Shown: positions 13,380-27,601, counted from the stretch's first letter. The stretch is DNA of 64,000 bases from Octopus sinensis (GCF_006345805.1 NW_021836148.1:62001-126000); one strand, 5' to 3'. Numbers and translations: made by a program. Notes: generated from the letters alone by a model not told the origin.

Positions 13380-13620
13380 TTTATCTGTACCTTGAGGGAC
13401 TTCATTTATGTTCTCAAATGTGGCAGATCTGTGGGTATTACATATGTCAATCGAACTTAACTCCGAGGGACAGGATAATGGAACACAAGCAGCAGATTCA
13501 TGAACCAGCAACTAGGAAAATTCCCATAAATAAAAATCTAGATCTGTACCTAAAAAACAAACATCCAAAATACCAAATTTTCCCTCAATGTCAGTGCTCT
13601 GGAAACACTCTGACCCATTT
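13380..13620 (+). pseudogene. Degenerate Penelope-like GIY-YIG endonuclease remnant
   Basis: CSQMWQICGYYICQSNLTPRDRIMEHKQQIHEPATRKIP...HPKYQIFP parallels the better-preserved GIY-YIG at 50942-51195. Confidence 0.65.
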
Positions 13621-14894
13621 CCAATTAACTAAGGAAAATATGTTTAAGAAACCTAAACCACAACCTAATATCCTATAACAACACACCAGAATGAGAAAAC
13701 TCAAAATATTCATGAAAATGACTAGAAAAAATGGACATCTTTCAAAAGTTGAAGTAGCATGCTGCTTTCTCTTGGATTTGAAACCCAACTTCAAACTGTT
13801 GTACAATTACACGTTGCATCTTCTCAAACACTAGTTGCTGACACCACCCTATGCTTAACCAATTAGATGTTTTACTGGTCAAAACTAGACCTGCAAGAAA
13901 AATAAATAAATATTAAGCTGATTGAGACAAGTGTCTTTTTAAGGGATTCAGCCAACTGGAATGTTGGATGACCATCAGACAAAACCAAGTTACCAAGACT
14001 TTTGAAAATCAGATGATGTATGCAGAAAATAAACCAACCAGAGCACTGGATCTCTACTGGTAAAAAACAAGTCATCAAAGCAGTCGATAAATAAATGACA
14101 TCACCAGGAAGTCAACCAACCAGAATGCTGGACTACTGCCAAAACAAAACATATGATCAGAACATCCAAAGACCAAGTCACATATTCCGGCAGTTAGCCA
14201 ACCAAAATACTAGATCACAGACAGGAAATACAAGTGACGTCATTAAATTTATAACCAATCAGAACTTAAACCTATATCTTAAATATATATATATATATAT
14301 ATATATACTGTATATGCCAGCATAGAAGGCGAACATTAAATGATGATGATGATGATGATATGATGATGATGATGATGATATACAAAGCAATTTCAGCATA
14401 AAGCTGTTGAAGCTCTCACCTGCAAAACCAGTGACAAAAAATTATCCATCATTACCTATGAGAGAAATTGCAAAACAGTCTCTCTCATTCTTCTTTTACC
14501 AATTCTTTTAAAACTTTATTGTATTAGTATTAATAGTATTAATATAACTCATTTTTACTGAACTTTCAGTTATGTATGACTTAAGAAATTCATCAAATAT
14601 TTGAACATTTATTATTGTCGATCTCTGTGAAATTTATTGATCATTGGAATTTGTATGAACGTTGAATCTTTTACACATGTTTTTTCTGAACTTGCTCTTG
14701 TATGTTCAATCTCTCCTAGAATTTATTTATCTAACATTGGGAAACCAAAAGTCATTGAAACCATTTTAGTATATCAATAAATTTGGTAAAAAAAGATGTT
14801 AAAAACAATGATTCTTTTTAAGACTCAGGTGCATTTTCAACCCCACAAGCCAACACTTATGAGTGTGTGTGTACATTTACATACATACATATAT

Positions 14895-15160
14895 ATATAT
14901 AAAAATAAATGTGCCCTTTTAAAGCCTAGCCAGGCTCATGGGCCTGGTTTCCCAGTTTCTATGGCGTATGTGTTCCCCAGCTGGATGGGACGCCAGTCCA
15001 TCGTAGCGTTACTCATTTTTGCCAGCTGAGTGGACTGGAGCAATGTGAAATGAAGTGTTTTGCTCAAGAGCACAACGTGTAGCCCGGTCGAGGAATCGAA
15101 ACCACAATCTTACGATCATGATGCTGACACCCTAACGACTAAGCCACGTGCCTCCACATA
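14895..15160 (-). mobile_element. tRNA-derived SINE family C variant
   Basis: Head with A and B boxes and core CTTGAGCAAAACACTTCATTTCACATTGCTCCAGTCCACTCAGCTG, shared with 56360. Confidence 0.8.
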
Positions 15161-15216
15161 CATATTTTTAGTAGAATAATAAAGAGAAAGTATTATATAT
15201 ATATTATATATATATA

Positions 15217-15272
<56 letters not shown>

Positions 15273-16085
15273 ATGTATGCACATATATATACAAGCATAT
15301 ATTCTTTTATTTGTTCAGTCATTTGATTGCAGCCGTGCTGGGGCACTGCCTTTAGTGAGCCAATTGACCCCAGGACTTATTCTTTATAAGCCTAATGCAT
15401 ATATATATATATCTGCATATTTATATATCCCTGTGACAGATTAAGTAAACAAAGAGAGAAATTTTCATTCGGTTTTTATTCATGTCTACTAAGAAATTAT
15501 CTCTATGAGAAAAGTATTAGTCAATTTAAACAATTAGTTTTTTTATACCAAATAATTTAAAGAGATTAAAGAGTTGTTGTATCAAAGATGTAATTGTTTA
15601 CATATTTTTTGTTGCAGTTACACGGAGGAGAAGAATTAGATACTTAATTATATACATTTATATACACACATGTTATTATTCTATGTTGTGATGACAAGAG
15701 ACTATCTTGGACATGAAAGGGTTTCAATTGGTATGTGTTTGAGATATAATTAAGTGAATTTCAATGGTTGTAGTTTGCACTTACTTGATTGCATTGTCCA
15801 TTAAAATGTTTTTGTTGATTTTTTAATTGTAATTGATGTAAGATTGAATAATTAATGCCCATGCTCATAACACAGACATTTGAATTAATTTTTAAAATCC
15901 TGCCGTCCTTTCCAGATGAGATTTTGTCTTTCTGAATCGATTCACTCTGAAGTAACTTATATATAATTGAACTAAGATTATGTATATCAGAAAGAACTGA
16001 CTGACCCCCTCCCCCAAAATTTCAGGCCTTGTGCCTAGAGTAAAAAAGTATATATACATACACACACACATAGATATACATCCCT

Positions 16086-16691
16086 TTCCAGGGAGAAAAA
16101 CTAGAAATAGTTGATAGTTTCCGTTACCTAGGTGACCAAGTCAGCAGCGGGGGCGGGTGTGCTGAAAGTGTAACTGCTAGAGTAAGAATAGCTTGGGCAA
16201 AGTTCAGAGAGCTCTTACCTCTGCTGGTGACAAAAGGCCTCTCGCACAGAGTGAAAGGCAGACTGTATGATGCGTGTGTACGAACAGCCATGCTACATGG
16301 CAGTGAAACATGGGCCGTGACTGCTGAGGATATGCGTAAGCTCGCTAGAAATGAAGCCAGTATGCTCCGATGGATGTGTAATGCCGGTACTCACACTCGG
16401 CAGAGTGTAAGTACCTTGAGAGAAAAGCTGGACCTAAGAAGCATCAGTTGTGGTGTGCAAGAGAGACGTTTGCGCTGGTATGGTCATGTGGCGAGAATGG
16501 ATGAAGATAGTTGTGTGAAAAAGTGCCACACCCTAGCGGTTGAGGGAATCTGTGGAAGAGGCAGACCCAGGAAAACCTGGGACGAGGTGGTGAAGCACGA
16601 CCTTCGAACTTTAGGTCTCACTGAGGAAATGACTAGAGACCGAGACCTCTGGAAGTGTGCTGTGTGCGAGAAGACCCGGCAGGACAAGTGA
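16086..16691 (+). pseudogene. RTE ORF C-terminal (post-RT) portion
   Basis: FQGEKLEIVDSFRYLGD...RVRIAWAKFRELLPLL...MLHGSETW...RRLRWYGHVARM...GRGRPRKTWDEVV: canonical RTE C-terminus. Confidence 0.92.
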
Positions 16692-17297
16692 GTCCACAAC
16701 CGTGGCCTTCTACATGGGATGGAGCCAGCCTACGTATGCATACCTTCCCTTCTTGGGACACAAAACTCTACTTGTGAATACGTGTTGAGGCAAGTGAGGA
16801 TCAGAATCGAAATCGATCAATGGAAATTGCGGATGTGCTACCAGTGCCGGTGGCATGTCGAAACTCTGCTTGTGAAGACCCATTGAGGCAAGTGAGGATC
16901 AGAATCGAAATCGATCAATGGAAATCGATCAATGGAAATTGCAGATGTGTTACCAGTGCCGGTGGCATGTAAGAGAACTTTCCGTTTCGCGACCGTTGCC
17001 AGCGCCCCGTTTCGTGTCCGTTGCCAGCCTCGCCTGGCCCTCGTGCCGGTGGCACATAAAAAAGCACCATCCGTTCGTGGCCGTTTGCCAGCTCTGTCTG
17101 GCACCAGTGCGGGTGGCACGTAAAAAGCACCCACTACACTCACGGAGTGGTTGGCGTTAGGAAGGGCATCCAGCGTAGAAACACTGCCAGATTTGACTGG
17201 GCCTGATGAAGCCTTCTGGCTTCACAGACCCCAGTAGAACCGTCCAACCCATGCTAGCATGGAAAACGGACGCTAAATGATGATGATGATGATGATG

Positions 17298-17299
<2 letters not shown>
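16086..17299 (+). mobile_element. 5'-truncated RTE-clade LINE (young copy)
   Basis: Open frame 16086-16691 then a 3' UTR with an internal duplication (about 16785-16960) and a (TGA)n tail. Confidence 0.95.
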
Positions 17300-17347
<48 letters not shown>

Positions 17348-17667
17348 TGTATATATATGTATATATATATGTATATATATATGTATATATATATATAAAT
17401 CGATATAGATATATATATACATTGGTTTATGGTATTACCTTAGGTCTCCCGTCCATAAAAGGTTTGCTTTATGACATATCATCACTCTCTAGAAACCTGT
17501 TTCCTATATATATATATATATGTGTGTGTGTTGTGGGTGTGTGTGTGGTGTGTGTGTGTGTGTGTGTGTGTCTGTATGTATGCATGTTTGTATATGCATA
17601 TATACATATATATACATATATGGGTATACCCACAGTCAAATGACTGAAACAAGTAGAGGAAAGAATA

Positions 17668-17711
<44 letters not shown>

Positions 17712-17744
17712 CTATATATTATTATATACATATATCATCATCAT

Positions 17745-17950
17745 TATCGCCATCGTTTAACGTACATTTTCCATGCTAGCATGGGTTGGACTGTTTGATT
17801 GAGGACTGGCAACCCAGTAGGCTGCACCAGGCTCCAATCTGATCTGGCAAGGTTTCTACAGCTGAATGCCCTTCCTAACACCAACCACTCTGAGAGTGTA
17901 GTGGGTGCATTTCACATGCCACTGGCATGGGAGCCAGTCAGGGACACTGT
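17745..17950 (-). mobile_element. RTE 3' tail fragment
   Basis: Homologous to 17100-17299. Confidence 0.85.
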
Positions 17951-17999
17951 CATCGATATATATATGTATATATGTATATTCTCCCTGTCCTATCTTTTA

Positions 18000-18380
18000 C
18001 TGTTTATATTTTGTACTGTTGTTACTGTCCTGTTTTTGTTACCATTTTTACCCCTCTGCAAAAAGATCTCAAATTTTATTTGATTTGCTTTTCGCAGGAA
18101 TGAAAGTTTCTATCGAAGATGCGTATCGCCTTCACCTTCGAAACGCAGAGTAGATGAAACCATGGCGACTGAAGAAGGGGATTTTTCCTTGTGTTATTTG
18201 TCCTGTACTCTATTTTTTTGTTTCAGAAAAATGTCCAGTTCCTTGGTTTTGTGTTTATGTTTTCGTTTCTCATTGTGTTCGACGTTTTTTTGGAGCCTTG
18301 TACCCATATATGCATGTATATATACATGTAGATGTAGGTACGTACATATATGTATATTATATATGCATATGTTTTATTTA

Positions 18381-18400
<20 letters not shown>
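18000..18400 (+). repeat. Dispersed repeat, probably a PLE terminal segment
   Basis: GAGTAGATGAAAC...ACTGAAGAAGGGGA...CCTTGTGTTA... recurs inverted at 36170-36380; T-rich, inserted in (TA)n. The PLE assignment is inference. Confidence 0.55.
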
Positions 18401-18419
<19 letters not shown>

Positions 18420-18776
18420 TATATGCATATATATGTATAGTTGAAAAATATCATTATAGGTATAAATATACCATAAACAATTATATAAAAATGGAAGAGA
18501 AAAAGATGTTGCATAAAAATTAGATTTAATACAAATTTGGATTCATTGCATACGTGCATTTCGAAGGACGATTCAAATATGTAAAAAGAAAATTATAATC
18601 ATGGTAATTATAATTAAATTTATGCATTGTCATTCTCATCAGTGTGAAGAATTTTTAGGAGGACATCAAAAAAGGTTTAATAAAATAAAGTAAATTTAAA
18701 TAAGATACAATAAGGGAGAATACAAAAGGGGTAATAGGGAAAAACCAGATATTTACAAGCAAGTTGTGTATATATA

Positions 18777-18816
<40 letters not shown>

Positions 18817-19659
18817 AAAGTAAGGTAGGGGTTGTGAATGTAACCCACTATGGGATATCAATTATCCAATATACTGTTGGTAAAGTACCCAACAGTATAT
18901 TCTCATTCTTGATGTTCTCATTTATATAATTAATAATAAATAATGTAAAATTGTAATATCCATAAGTTGATGAACCAGATGAATTTGTTTCTCCATTTTC
19001 TTATTTGTATATATATATATATATATATATACATCGTCATCATCATCATCATCATCATCGTTGTTTTAACAATGACTTTTCAATTCACACAATAGTTGGT
19101 TAGAATTCATTGAGACAGATTTTCTACCGCTGGATGTCCTTCCTGTCACTACCCTTCATTTGTTTCTAAGCAGGGTAATATTCCTCACAATCAGACATGT
19201 TTTCACAGAAGATCGGAAATGAAGGACACTGCTTGCTTAAAAGTGCTTCTCATTTACCAGTAATACACGAACTCAAGGTAATGATACTTTAACACACATG
19301 CACACACACATATGCACACATGCATATGCACATACACACACATACACACATGCACACATGCACACATGCACACATGCACACACACACACACATTTATATG
19401 GGATTTAGCTTGGAAACACTCACCCAACATACTTTGCAGTGGGAATGAACCTGAGACTATGGGGTTAGGAAGCCAACTTTTCTTATAACACAGCCAGACC
19501 TGCACCAATAGCCATGCTTACACCTGCTGCACACACACACATGCACATATATATACATATATATATAAGCAATGTTTCTATTCAACACAACATCCACATT
19601 GAGTTGGATATAAATATTGCCTTTTGATATTATTATTGCTTCTGTCACTATTAATTATA

Positions 19660-19840
19660 CTCCACTTGACAGGGTGGTTGGTGTTAGGAAGAGCATCCAG
19701 CCATAAAAACCATGCTAAAACAGACTCAGATGTATGGTGCAGGCTTCTGCCTGGCCAGCTCTTATCAAACCGTCCAACCCATGCCAGTATGAAATAAGGA
19801 CATTCAACGACGATGATGATGATGATCATCATCATCATCA
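19660..19840 (+). mobile_element. RTE 3' tail fragment
   Basis: GGTTGGTGTTAGGAAGAGCATCCAGC...GTCCAACCCATGCCAG...GATGATGAT. Confidence 0.8.
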
Positions 19841-19994
19841 TCATACATACATATATATGTGTGTGTGTGTGTGTGTGTTTACATATACATATGGAATTGA
19901 CTACTCATGGAATCACCTATTCTTGTAATAGATTATACCCTTCCCCAAAATCCTCGAGCTATGTGCCTACATAAGAAAGGATTATATAAATATG

Positions 19995-20031
<37 letters not shown>

Positions 20032-20035
<4 letters not shown>

Positions 20036-20186
20036 TTCCACTCATTTCTTATTTCTATTTTTTTAATTTAATTTAATTTAATTTTTTTTTTTTTTTAATA
20101 AGAAATAAGTGGAAATTTTACCGGTGAGTGTGTTAAATTATAAGGCACAAAAAGAAAATGATTCTCTCCAGACACCAGAATACATT

Positions 20187-20275
<89 letters not shown>

Positions 20276-20560
20276 AATGTATTCTGGTGTCTGGAGAGAA
20301 TCATTTTCTTTTTGTGCCTTATAATTTAACACAGTCACCGGTAAAATTTCCACTTATTTCTTATTAAAAAAAAAAAAATAAAATAAAATAAAAAAAATAG
20401 AAATAAGAAATGAGTGGAAATTTTACCGGTGAGTGTGTTAAATTATAAGGCACACAAAGAAAATAACTCTCCCCAGACACAACAGAATATGCTTCAACAC
20501 ATGAACTCATATAGAGAATCCTGCAAACCAAATCCAAAAACGATATATAAATGAGTATAT
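20032..20560. repeat. Multiply folded palindrome of a dispersed repeat, centred on (TA)n
   Basis: Arms 20032-20193 and 20268-20423 are near-perfect reverse complements; a further direct copy runs 20400-20560. Confidence 0.9.
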
Positions 20561-20711
20561 ATATATGTATGTATGTATATATATATATATACATATATAT
20601 GTATGTATTTATATATGTGTGTGTATATATATATGTATGCATATATATAAATATACATATATTACATATTTATAAACGCATGTATGCATTTATATATATA
20701 ATGTATATATG

Positions 20712-20742
<31 letters not shown>

Positions 20743-20773
20743 GTATGTATATTTATATGTATGTATATATATA

Positions 20774-21810
20774 TCATCATCACCATCATTGTTGGACTGT
20801 TCGACTGGGGTCTGGGAAGCCAGGCTCCAATCTGATCTGGCAGTGTTTCTACAGCTGGATGCGCTTCCTAATGCCAACCACTCCAAGAGTGTAGTGGGTG
20901 CTTTTTATGTGCCACCAGCAGAGGGGCTAGAGGGGGCTGGCATTGACCACATTTGGATGGTGCTTTTACGTGCCATCAGCTCAGTAGCCAGAAGGGGCTG
21001 TCATCGACCAGGTTTGGATGATGCTTTTATGTGCCACCAGCATGAGAGCCAGTCAAGGTGGTGCTGGCATCGGCCATGTTCGGATGGTGCTTTTTATGTG
21101 CCGTTGGCACAGGAGCCAGTCAGGGTGAGGGGGCTGGCATCCACCACATTCAGATGGTGCTTTTTATGTGCCACTGCCATGGGGAGCCAGAGTGGCGGTA
21201 CTGGCATCAGCCACAACCACAATTTCTTTTTGATTGTAGCTTGATTTGATTTTGATGTTGATGTACTTGACTCAATAGCTCTCCTCAAGCATGGCATGTC
21301 GCCCTACAATCCAAACATACTCTTTTGAGTGGGCTGGTTATGCAACACTAGTGTAGGATACAGCCATGAACTCACTTTATTTGCTGGGTCTTCTCAGTCA
21401 CAGCATATCTCCAGAGGTCTCAGTCTTTTGTCATTGCCTCTGTGAGGCCCAAATTTCGATAATCATGCTTCACCACCTCATCCCATGTCTTCCTCGGTTT
21501 CTCTCTACCACAGGTTCCTTCCACCATTTGGGAGTGGCACTTCTTCACACAGCTCTCCTCAGCCAACCATAGTACATGACCATACCTCATCCATCCATAG
21601 TACATGACCATCTGATGCTTCTTATGTCCAACATTTCTCTCAGGGTGATTACACTCTGTCGTGTGTGCTCGCTGACATTATACGTCCAGTGGTTCATGCT
21701 AGCTTCACTTCTCTTGAGCCTGCGCATGTCTTCAGCAGTCATGGCCCATGTTTCATTGCCATGAAGCATGGCAGTTTGCACACATGCATAGTACAATCTA
21801 CTTTTCACTA
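20774..21810 (-). mobile_element. 5'-truncated degenerate RTE LINE (same family as 16086)
   Basis: MKSRLYYACVQTAMLHGNETWAMTAEDMRRL...; WYGHV...; CGREKPRKTWDEVVKHD across frameshifts; (TGA)n tail. Confidence 0.9.
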
Positions 21811-22300
21811 TCTACTGTGTATATATATATATATACATAGGTACCATAAGGTCAGTAATTACTGCAAAGACATATTATAATTCTGTAACCTTTCCTAAGT
21901 TTTGTAATCAAGTTGTGAGTCAAAATATATTTTTGAAACATGATTGTTATTGTAAAGCATTAAATGAAATACATAATGCCATGCTTCATAGTTTTGTCAC
22001 CATCAGTCTTTCTATCTCCTGCTCTTTGAAAATGATATTTAGAAGACTCAATTGAAAAATGTCATTTCTCCCATTTGATAATGTTATTAAAAATTTCCAT
22101 CTTGAATATTCAGACATTCATTTCTTGGGACTAGAAAACAAAAATTTCCCAGATTTCTTTTGTTTTCTTTTTATTTTCTTGTTGTTTTTTTAAAATTTTT
22201 TTTTGTTTTTTTGCAGACTTTCACCTAATATATAAAACAAACATTCATTCCAACGTACGTACATATATGTCTACATTATGTTGAATTACATACATGTGAT

Positions 22301-22334
<34 letters not shown>

Positions 22335-22854
22335 TGCACACACACAAGCACACACACATGCACACACACACACACATACATACATGCATATATACATACA
22401 TACATGCACACAAAAATATATACATACATACATATATATTTTATTAGATTTACAAAAGAGAAACATGCACAATTTGGGTATTCTATTTTATTTCTTATCA
22501 AAACATTTTAAAGATTATTCTCATATCCTCACATTTATGCAGTTTATTCATTGGACTGTAGAAAACAAAAGCAGCAATACATAAGACACACTTATATACA
22601 CACACGTGCACACACAAACATATATAGAAATCCAAGACAAATACAAACATTCAAAGCTAATATACATGTTGAAAACTCAGATAGAAGACGAAGATATTTA
22701 CAAGTTAAGGAAATGTTTTCCATATTTGAAATGTCAAAGTTTCCAAAAGAATAAATTCTAAACTTATGAAATAGCTTTACCTTTAACTACGTTTCATTTT
22801 CGTGTATATGTATATACGGAACAGGATTTTCTGGATATTCTCTCTTTTCTCTCT

Positions 22855-23061
22855 TTTACTCTCTTTTACTTCTTTCAGTCATTTTGACTGCGGCCATGCT
22901 AGAGCACCGCCTTTAGTCGAGCAAATCGACCTCGGGACTTATTCTTTTGTAAGCCCAGTACTTATTCTATCGGTCTCTTTTGCCGAACCGCTAAGTGACG
23001 GGGACGTAAACACACCAGCATCAGTTGTCAAGCAATGCTAGGGGGACAAACACAGACACAA

Positions 23062-23097
<36 letters not shown>

Positions 23098-23270
23098 ATA
23101 TATACGACAGGCTTCTTTCAGTTTCCGTCTACCAAATCCACTCACAAGGCATTGGTCGGCCCGGGGCTATAGCAGAAGACACTTGCCCATGATGCCACGC
23201 AGTGGGACTGAAGCCGGAACCATGTGGTTGGTTAGCAAGCTACTTACCACACAGCAACTCCTGCACCTAT
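22855..23270 (-). mobile_element. SINE family A, full length, CpG-intact (young)
   Basis: Near-identical to 48265-48658. Confidence 0.92.
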
Positions 23271-23404
23271 GTGAATTTCTACATACGTTCAGCAATTTAT
23301 TACAGCCACAATATATAAAAGAACACTGAATTTCATTCTACATTTAGACCCGTACAGGGTTAACTAACCAATTAGAAAATACAGCCCAATGTCCCTCAAA
23401 TGAT

Positions 23405-23605
23405 TTGTTTACCTGTTTCAGTCAGTTCACTGTGGCTCTGCTGGGGCACCACCTTTATTTGAGCATATCAACCCCAGGACTTATTCTTTGCAAGCCTAGT
23501 ACTTATTCTATCAGTGTTTTTTTCCAAACTGCTAAGTTATGGGGACGTAATTACACCAGCACCGGTTGTCAAGTGATGTTGTGGGGACAACTACAGACAC
23601 ACAAG

Positions 23606-23640
<35 letters not shown>
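23405..23640 (-). mobile_element. SINE family A, 3' half
   Basis: Tail homology. Confidence 0.8.
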
Positions 23641-23653
<13 letters not shown>

Positions 23654-23664
23654 AACATATATAC

Positions 23665-24050
23665 GACTTGCTAATAGAAATTGAAAAAAATGTGGCATCT
23701 CAAGGTGATTGTAGGATCTCTAGGAATGATAGAAAAGGTACTGAAACCTATTTGAAAATGATACCAGGCTTATCATCCCTACAGGAAGTGCAAAAAATCG
23801 TGTTAACTGGAACGGCTCATGTACTGAGGAGATCCTTATCGCTGTGAAAACAACATCCATTCATGAATTTATTTATTTATCAATTTTTTAAATACATATT
23901 TTACTTGTGAATTTGCATGTGTAATCTGGGAATGCATACAATGAGCTTCTCTGCCCTGGGTGTATGGAAAACACTCGGAAAGAAATGGAAGAAAATTTGA
24001 AGAAAGAAGGAAAATTATAATAATAATAATAATAATAATAATGATAATAA
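23665..24050 (+). mobile_element. R4/Dong-like LINE 3' end
   Basis: DLLIEIEK(M)WHLKVIVGSLGMI..GTETYLKMIPGLSSLQEVQKIVLTGTAHVLRRSLSL* followed by a UTR and (TAA)n. Confidence 0.8.
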
Positions 24051-24072
24051 TAATAATGATAATAATAATAAT

Positions 24073-24499
24073 GATATTCTGCTCAATACCACAGATTTGC
24101 TTGCCAGCTGTTTGACCTTAACCACTTCAGCATGTCCTTTGGAAGCTGACAATATGTGCATCTCTGATCACGAGCAGAAGTAGTTGGGGAGGAATTCTTT
24201 AGAGTTTGAATAATTCACCACTGGAAACGTGGATGTTTCATTCACCATCCTTAAATAACCCTTATTGAAGGACCATTTGGGTGGGATGGGCTACTTGACC
24301 TGAAGAAAATTCTAACTGGGCCCCACCTGCAAGGTCATGTGCTGTTTATCTTGATATGAGATCACCATGTTAAGCACATATGATTGCGATTCATGTACCT
24401 GGTCTACCCTTATCTGATGGGTAGTCATGATGGGTATCCTAGGCTTCATATATTTTACCCCAGTGTGTCACATTGATAGCATGCTCTGCTCTCTCACTC

Positions 24500-24500
<1 letters not shown>
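24073..24500 (+). repeat. Non-coding dispersed element ending CTCTCTCACTC-(AAT)n, copy 1
   Basis: Clearly homologous to 25141-25687; embedded in (TAA)n on both sides. Confidence 0.85.
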
Positions 24501-24545
<45 letters not shown>

Positions 24546-24592
24546 TAATAATAATAATCATAACAATCATAATAACAATAATAATAATGATA

Positions 24593-24654
<62 letters not shown>

Positions 24655-24857
24655 CTTTTACTCTTTTACTTGTTTCAGTCATTTGACTGCGGCCATGCTG
24701 GAGCACCGCCTTCAGTCGAGCAAACTGACCCCAGGACTTATTCTTTGTAAGCCTAGTACTTATTCTATCGGCCTCTTTTTCCAAACTGCTAAGTTACAGG
24801 GATGTAAACACACCAGCATCCATTGTCAAGCGATGTTGGGGCGACAAACACAGACAT

Positions 24858-24910
<53 letters not shown>

Positions 24911-25073
24911 TATGACGGGCTTCTATTTCAGTTTCCATCTACCAAATCTACTCACAAGGCTTTGGTCAGCCCAAGGCTATAGTAGAAGACACTTGCCCAT
25001 GGTGCCATGCAGTGGGAACGAACCCGGAACCAAGTGGTTGGTAAGCAAGCTACTTACCACACACTCCTGTGCC

Positions 25074-25075
<2 letters not shown>
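24655..25075 (-). mobile_element. SINE family A, full length, inserted in (TAA)n
   Basis: Family A head, core and tail. Confidence 0.9.
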
Positions 25076-25118
<43 letters not shown>

Positions 25119-25140
25119 TAATAATAATAATAATAATAAT

Positions 25141-25687
25141 GCAGTACCAGGCAGTGGTTCTCATGGCTTCTGATCTTAACTGATTGGAAGTGTTATCATG
25201 AACATTGTTTTGTCTTGGTATAAAAGATGGGCTACAGCAAATATTCCGCTAAATACCACAGATTTGCTTGTCAGTTGTTTGATCTTAACCAGTTGAGCAT
25301 GTCCCTTAGTGGCTGATGATATGTGCATCTCTGATCATGAGCAGAAGCAGTGAGGGAGTATCATAGCCATGTGTTGAGAGGAATTCTTTGGGGTTTGAAT
25401 AATTCACATCTGGAAACATGGGTGTTTCATTCAACATCCTTAAACAACCCTTACTCAGGGACTTTTTGAGCCGGATGGGTTACTCAACCAAAAGAAAATT
25501 CTAACTGGGCCCCACCTACAAGGTCATGTGCTGTTTATCTTGATATGAGATCATCATGTCGCGCACATATGGTTGTGATGCATGTGCCTGGTGTACCCTT
25601 ATCATACGAGTAGTCATGATGGGTATACTGGGCTTCGTATATTTTACCCCAGTGTCACTTTGATGGCATGCACTGCTCTCTCACTCA
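25141..25687 (+). repeat. Non-coding dispersed element ending CTCTCTCACTC-(AAT)n, copy 2 (longer 5' end)
   Basis: Homologous to 24073-24500. Confidence 0.85.
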
Positions 25688-27476
25688 AGAATAATAATAA
25701 TCATCTATATTATATTTACATGCACTGATGCCAAACCTGGAAATTAAAAACATTCCAGTAGAAAAAATAATATTTGTTTATACATCTTCAGTAACATACT
25801 TGCAACTGGTGCAAAGATTACTTTAATTACACTTCTTCAAATATCATCCATTACATCTCTTTCCAAGCCATATGTTTACTCAGGACTAAACATGTAGGTA
25901 GGAATAAATGTGTACAAGCTTCAGAATTAGTAAATATTCCAGTTTGTTCATACTAATCCTAGTAGTTTATCTAATCTAAAACGTCTTCAGAATTCTTATG
26001 TGATATTTCAAAATAATAATGCCAGAAACCATATAATTTGTCAAATTTGTAAAGTGAATATAACCATTATTTTGAAAGCAAGTATTCTTACACAAAATAC
26101 ACTAGATCAATACAATACAAAGATAACATTTGTTGGTATTTTGAATCAATACATACACATATGAGAAACCCTATGAGAAAAGCTATGAATCTGAACTACA
26201 AAAACAAAATAAATCATCAATGAATTATTTATTTGAAAATCTCAAAGGTTTAACAGTTGAGCAGAATTCTTACGAAAAAAGCAATCAATTTTCATAATGG
26301 AGGAACTATATTAATTATATGTATAAAAATCATTTAATCAATTCGAATTGATAATTATTTTAATTATTGGTAGGGAGTCCTCTTTAAAGATTAAGAACTG
26401 TATAGATTTATTTCCTTCATACTGTAAAACCGATGTTGTTATAATAAAAAATAATTAGAAACCAATTAATGTGTTTTTTTAAATAATAATTTGTTAGTCT
26501 AGCTTCTTTAACTAATCAAACCAACATTTTGTATGCAAAAAATCAAATTAATAATAAGATTAATAAATATCCAATTTTCAGAGTTTGGGTTTTCTTATGC
26601 GTGTATCAGTTAGTGATCTAGAGTAAATTTTCTGTCTCAAAGAAAATAATTGGTTTTGAATGATATATTGAAAAGATAAAAGTGTGCTAATCTAATTCCA
26701 ATTAAAATCATAATTCTGAATTTTCCAGTAAGATATATGTTGATAAGTGCTAAATAATTGGAAACCAGCAATATGAATAGAAAAAAATCTCTCTACAAAA
26801 ATCACATTTGCCTTCTTTATTATAGCAGAGACGAAATCCTTTCTAGAAAATTAATACTTGTTTCTTTAGTTTCTCACTTAAAATCAGCAACCAATTTAAA
26901 ACTTTTTTTTTAGATATTTTACTATTAGAATATTTCATAAATAAAATTGTCAAATAAATATTATAACCAGATGGAAGGAAAGGAACAGAATATTAATTTA
27001 TGTAGTAAATGGGTGAGAAAATGCCAGAGAATATATCATTAATCCAAAAGATGAAAGGAGTTACTGTTAAAGAGAATAGAGAATTACAGATTATGTAAGG
27101 CAGAGAAAAACATTAATGACGACATGAAAAATTCCCAATAAAAATGCTATTACTGTTGTTGATGACCTGTTATTTACAAGCTACACTATTCTTAAATATA
27201 TGAATAACAGTGTATATGTAAAAAGAAACAACAAATAAAAAGCCATAGTAGAAGAAAGAAAGTAGAAAGACAAGGTAAGACTACTAGAAATATTATCTCT
27301 GTGCAAGCATGTATCAATATTTTGAAATAAGAATATGTAGAACAAGATACATTAGTGGTTTTACACAGAAAGTATTGATCAGAACAAATACATATGTATG
27401 TATATACGTATAGATGTATGTATGTGGGTGTGTTTGTGCATATATGTATGTATCTATATGTATGTGTGTGCGTGTG

Positions 27477-27513
<37 letters not shown>

Positions 27514-27601
27514 ATGTGACCATTCAAAATGTGACCTCGTGTGTACCGTTTGCGATTTTTTTCCCTCTGTCTTCCCTTCTCTGGATCTTTCCTTCTCCTA
27601 T

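Noticed and set aside
15618-15730. Exon after TTTTTTGTTGCAG (LHGGEELDT*)
   Set aside because: Stops in all three frames before the next donor; peptide too short to support
18105-18185. Hammerhead in the 18000/36170 repeat (CGAAAC...CTGAAGA)
   Set aside because: Core pieces are present but there is no consistent stem set or NUH triplet in either copy; it could be a decayed motif, but I cannot support it
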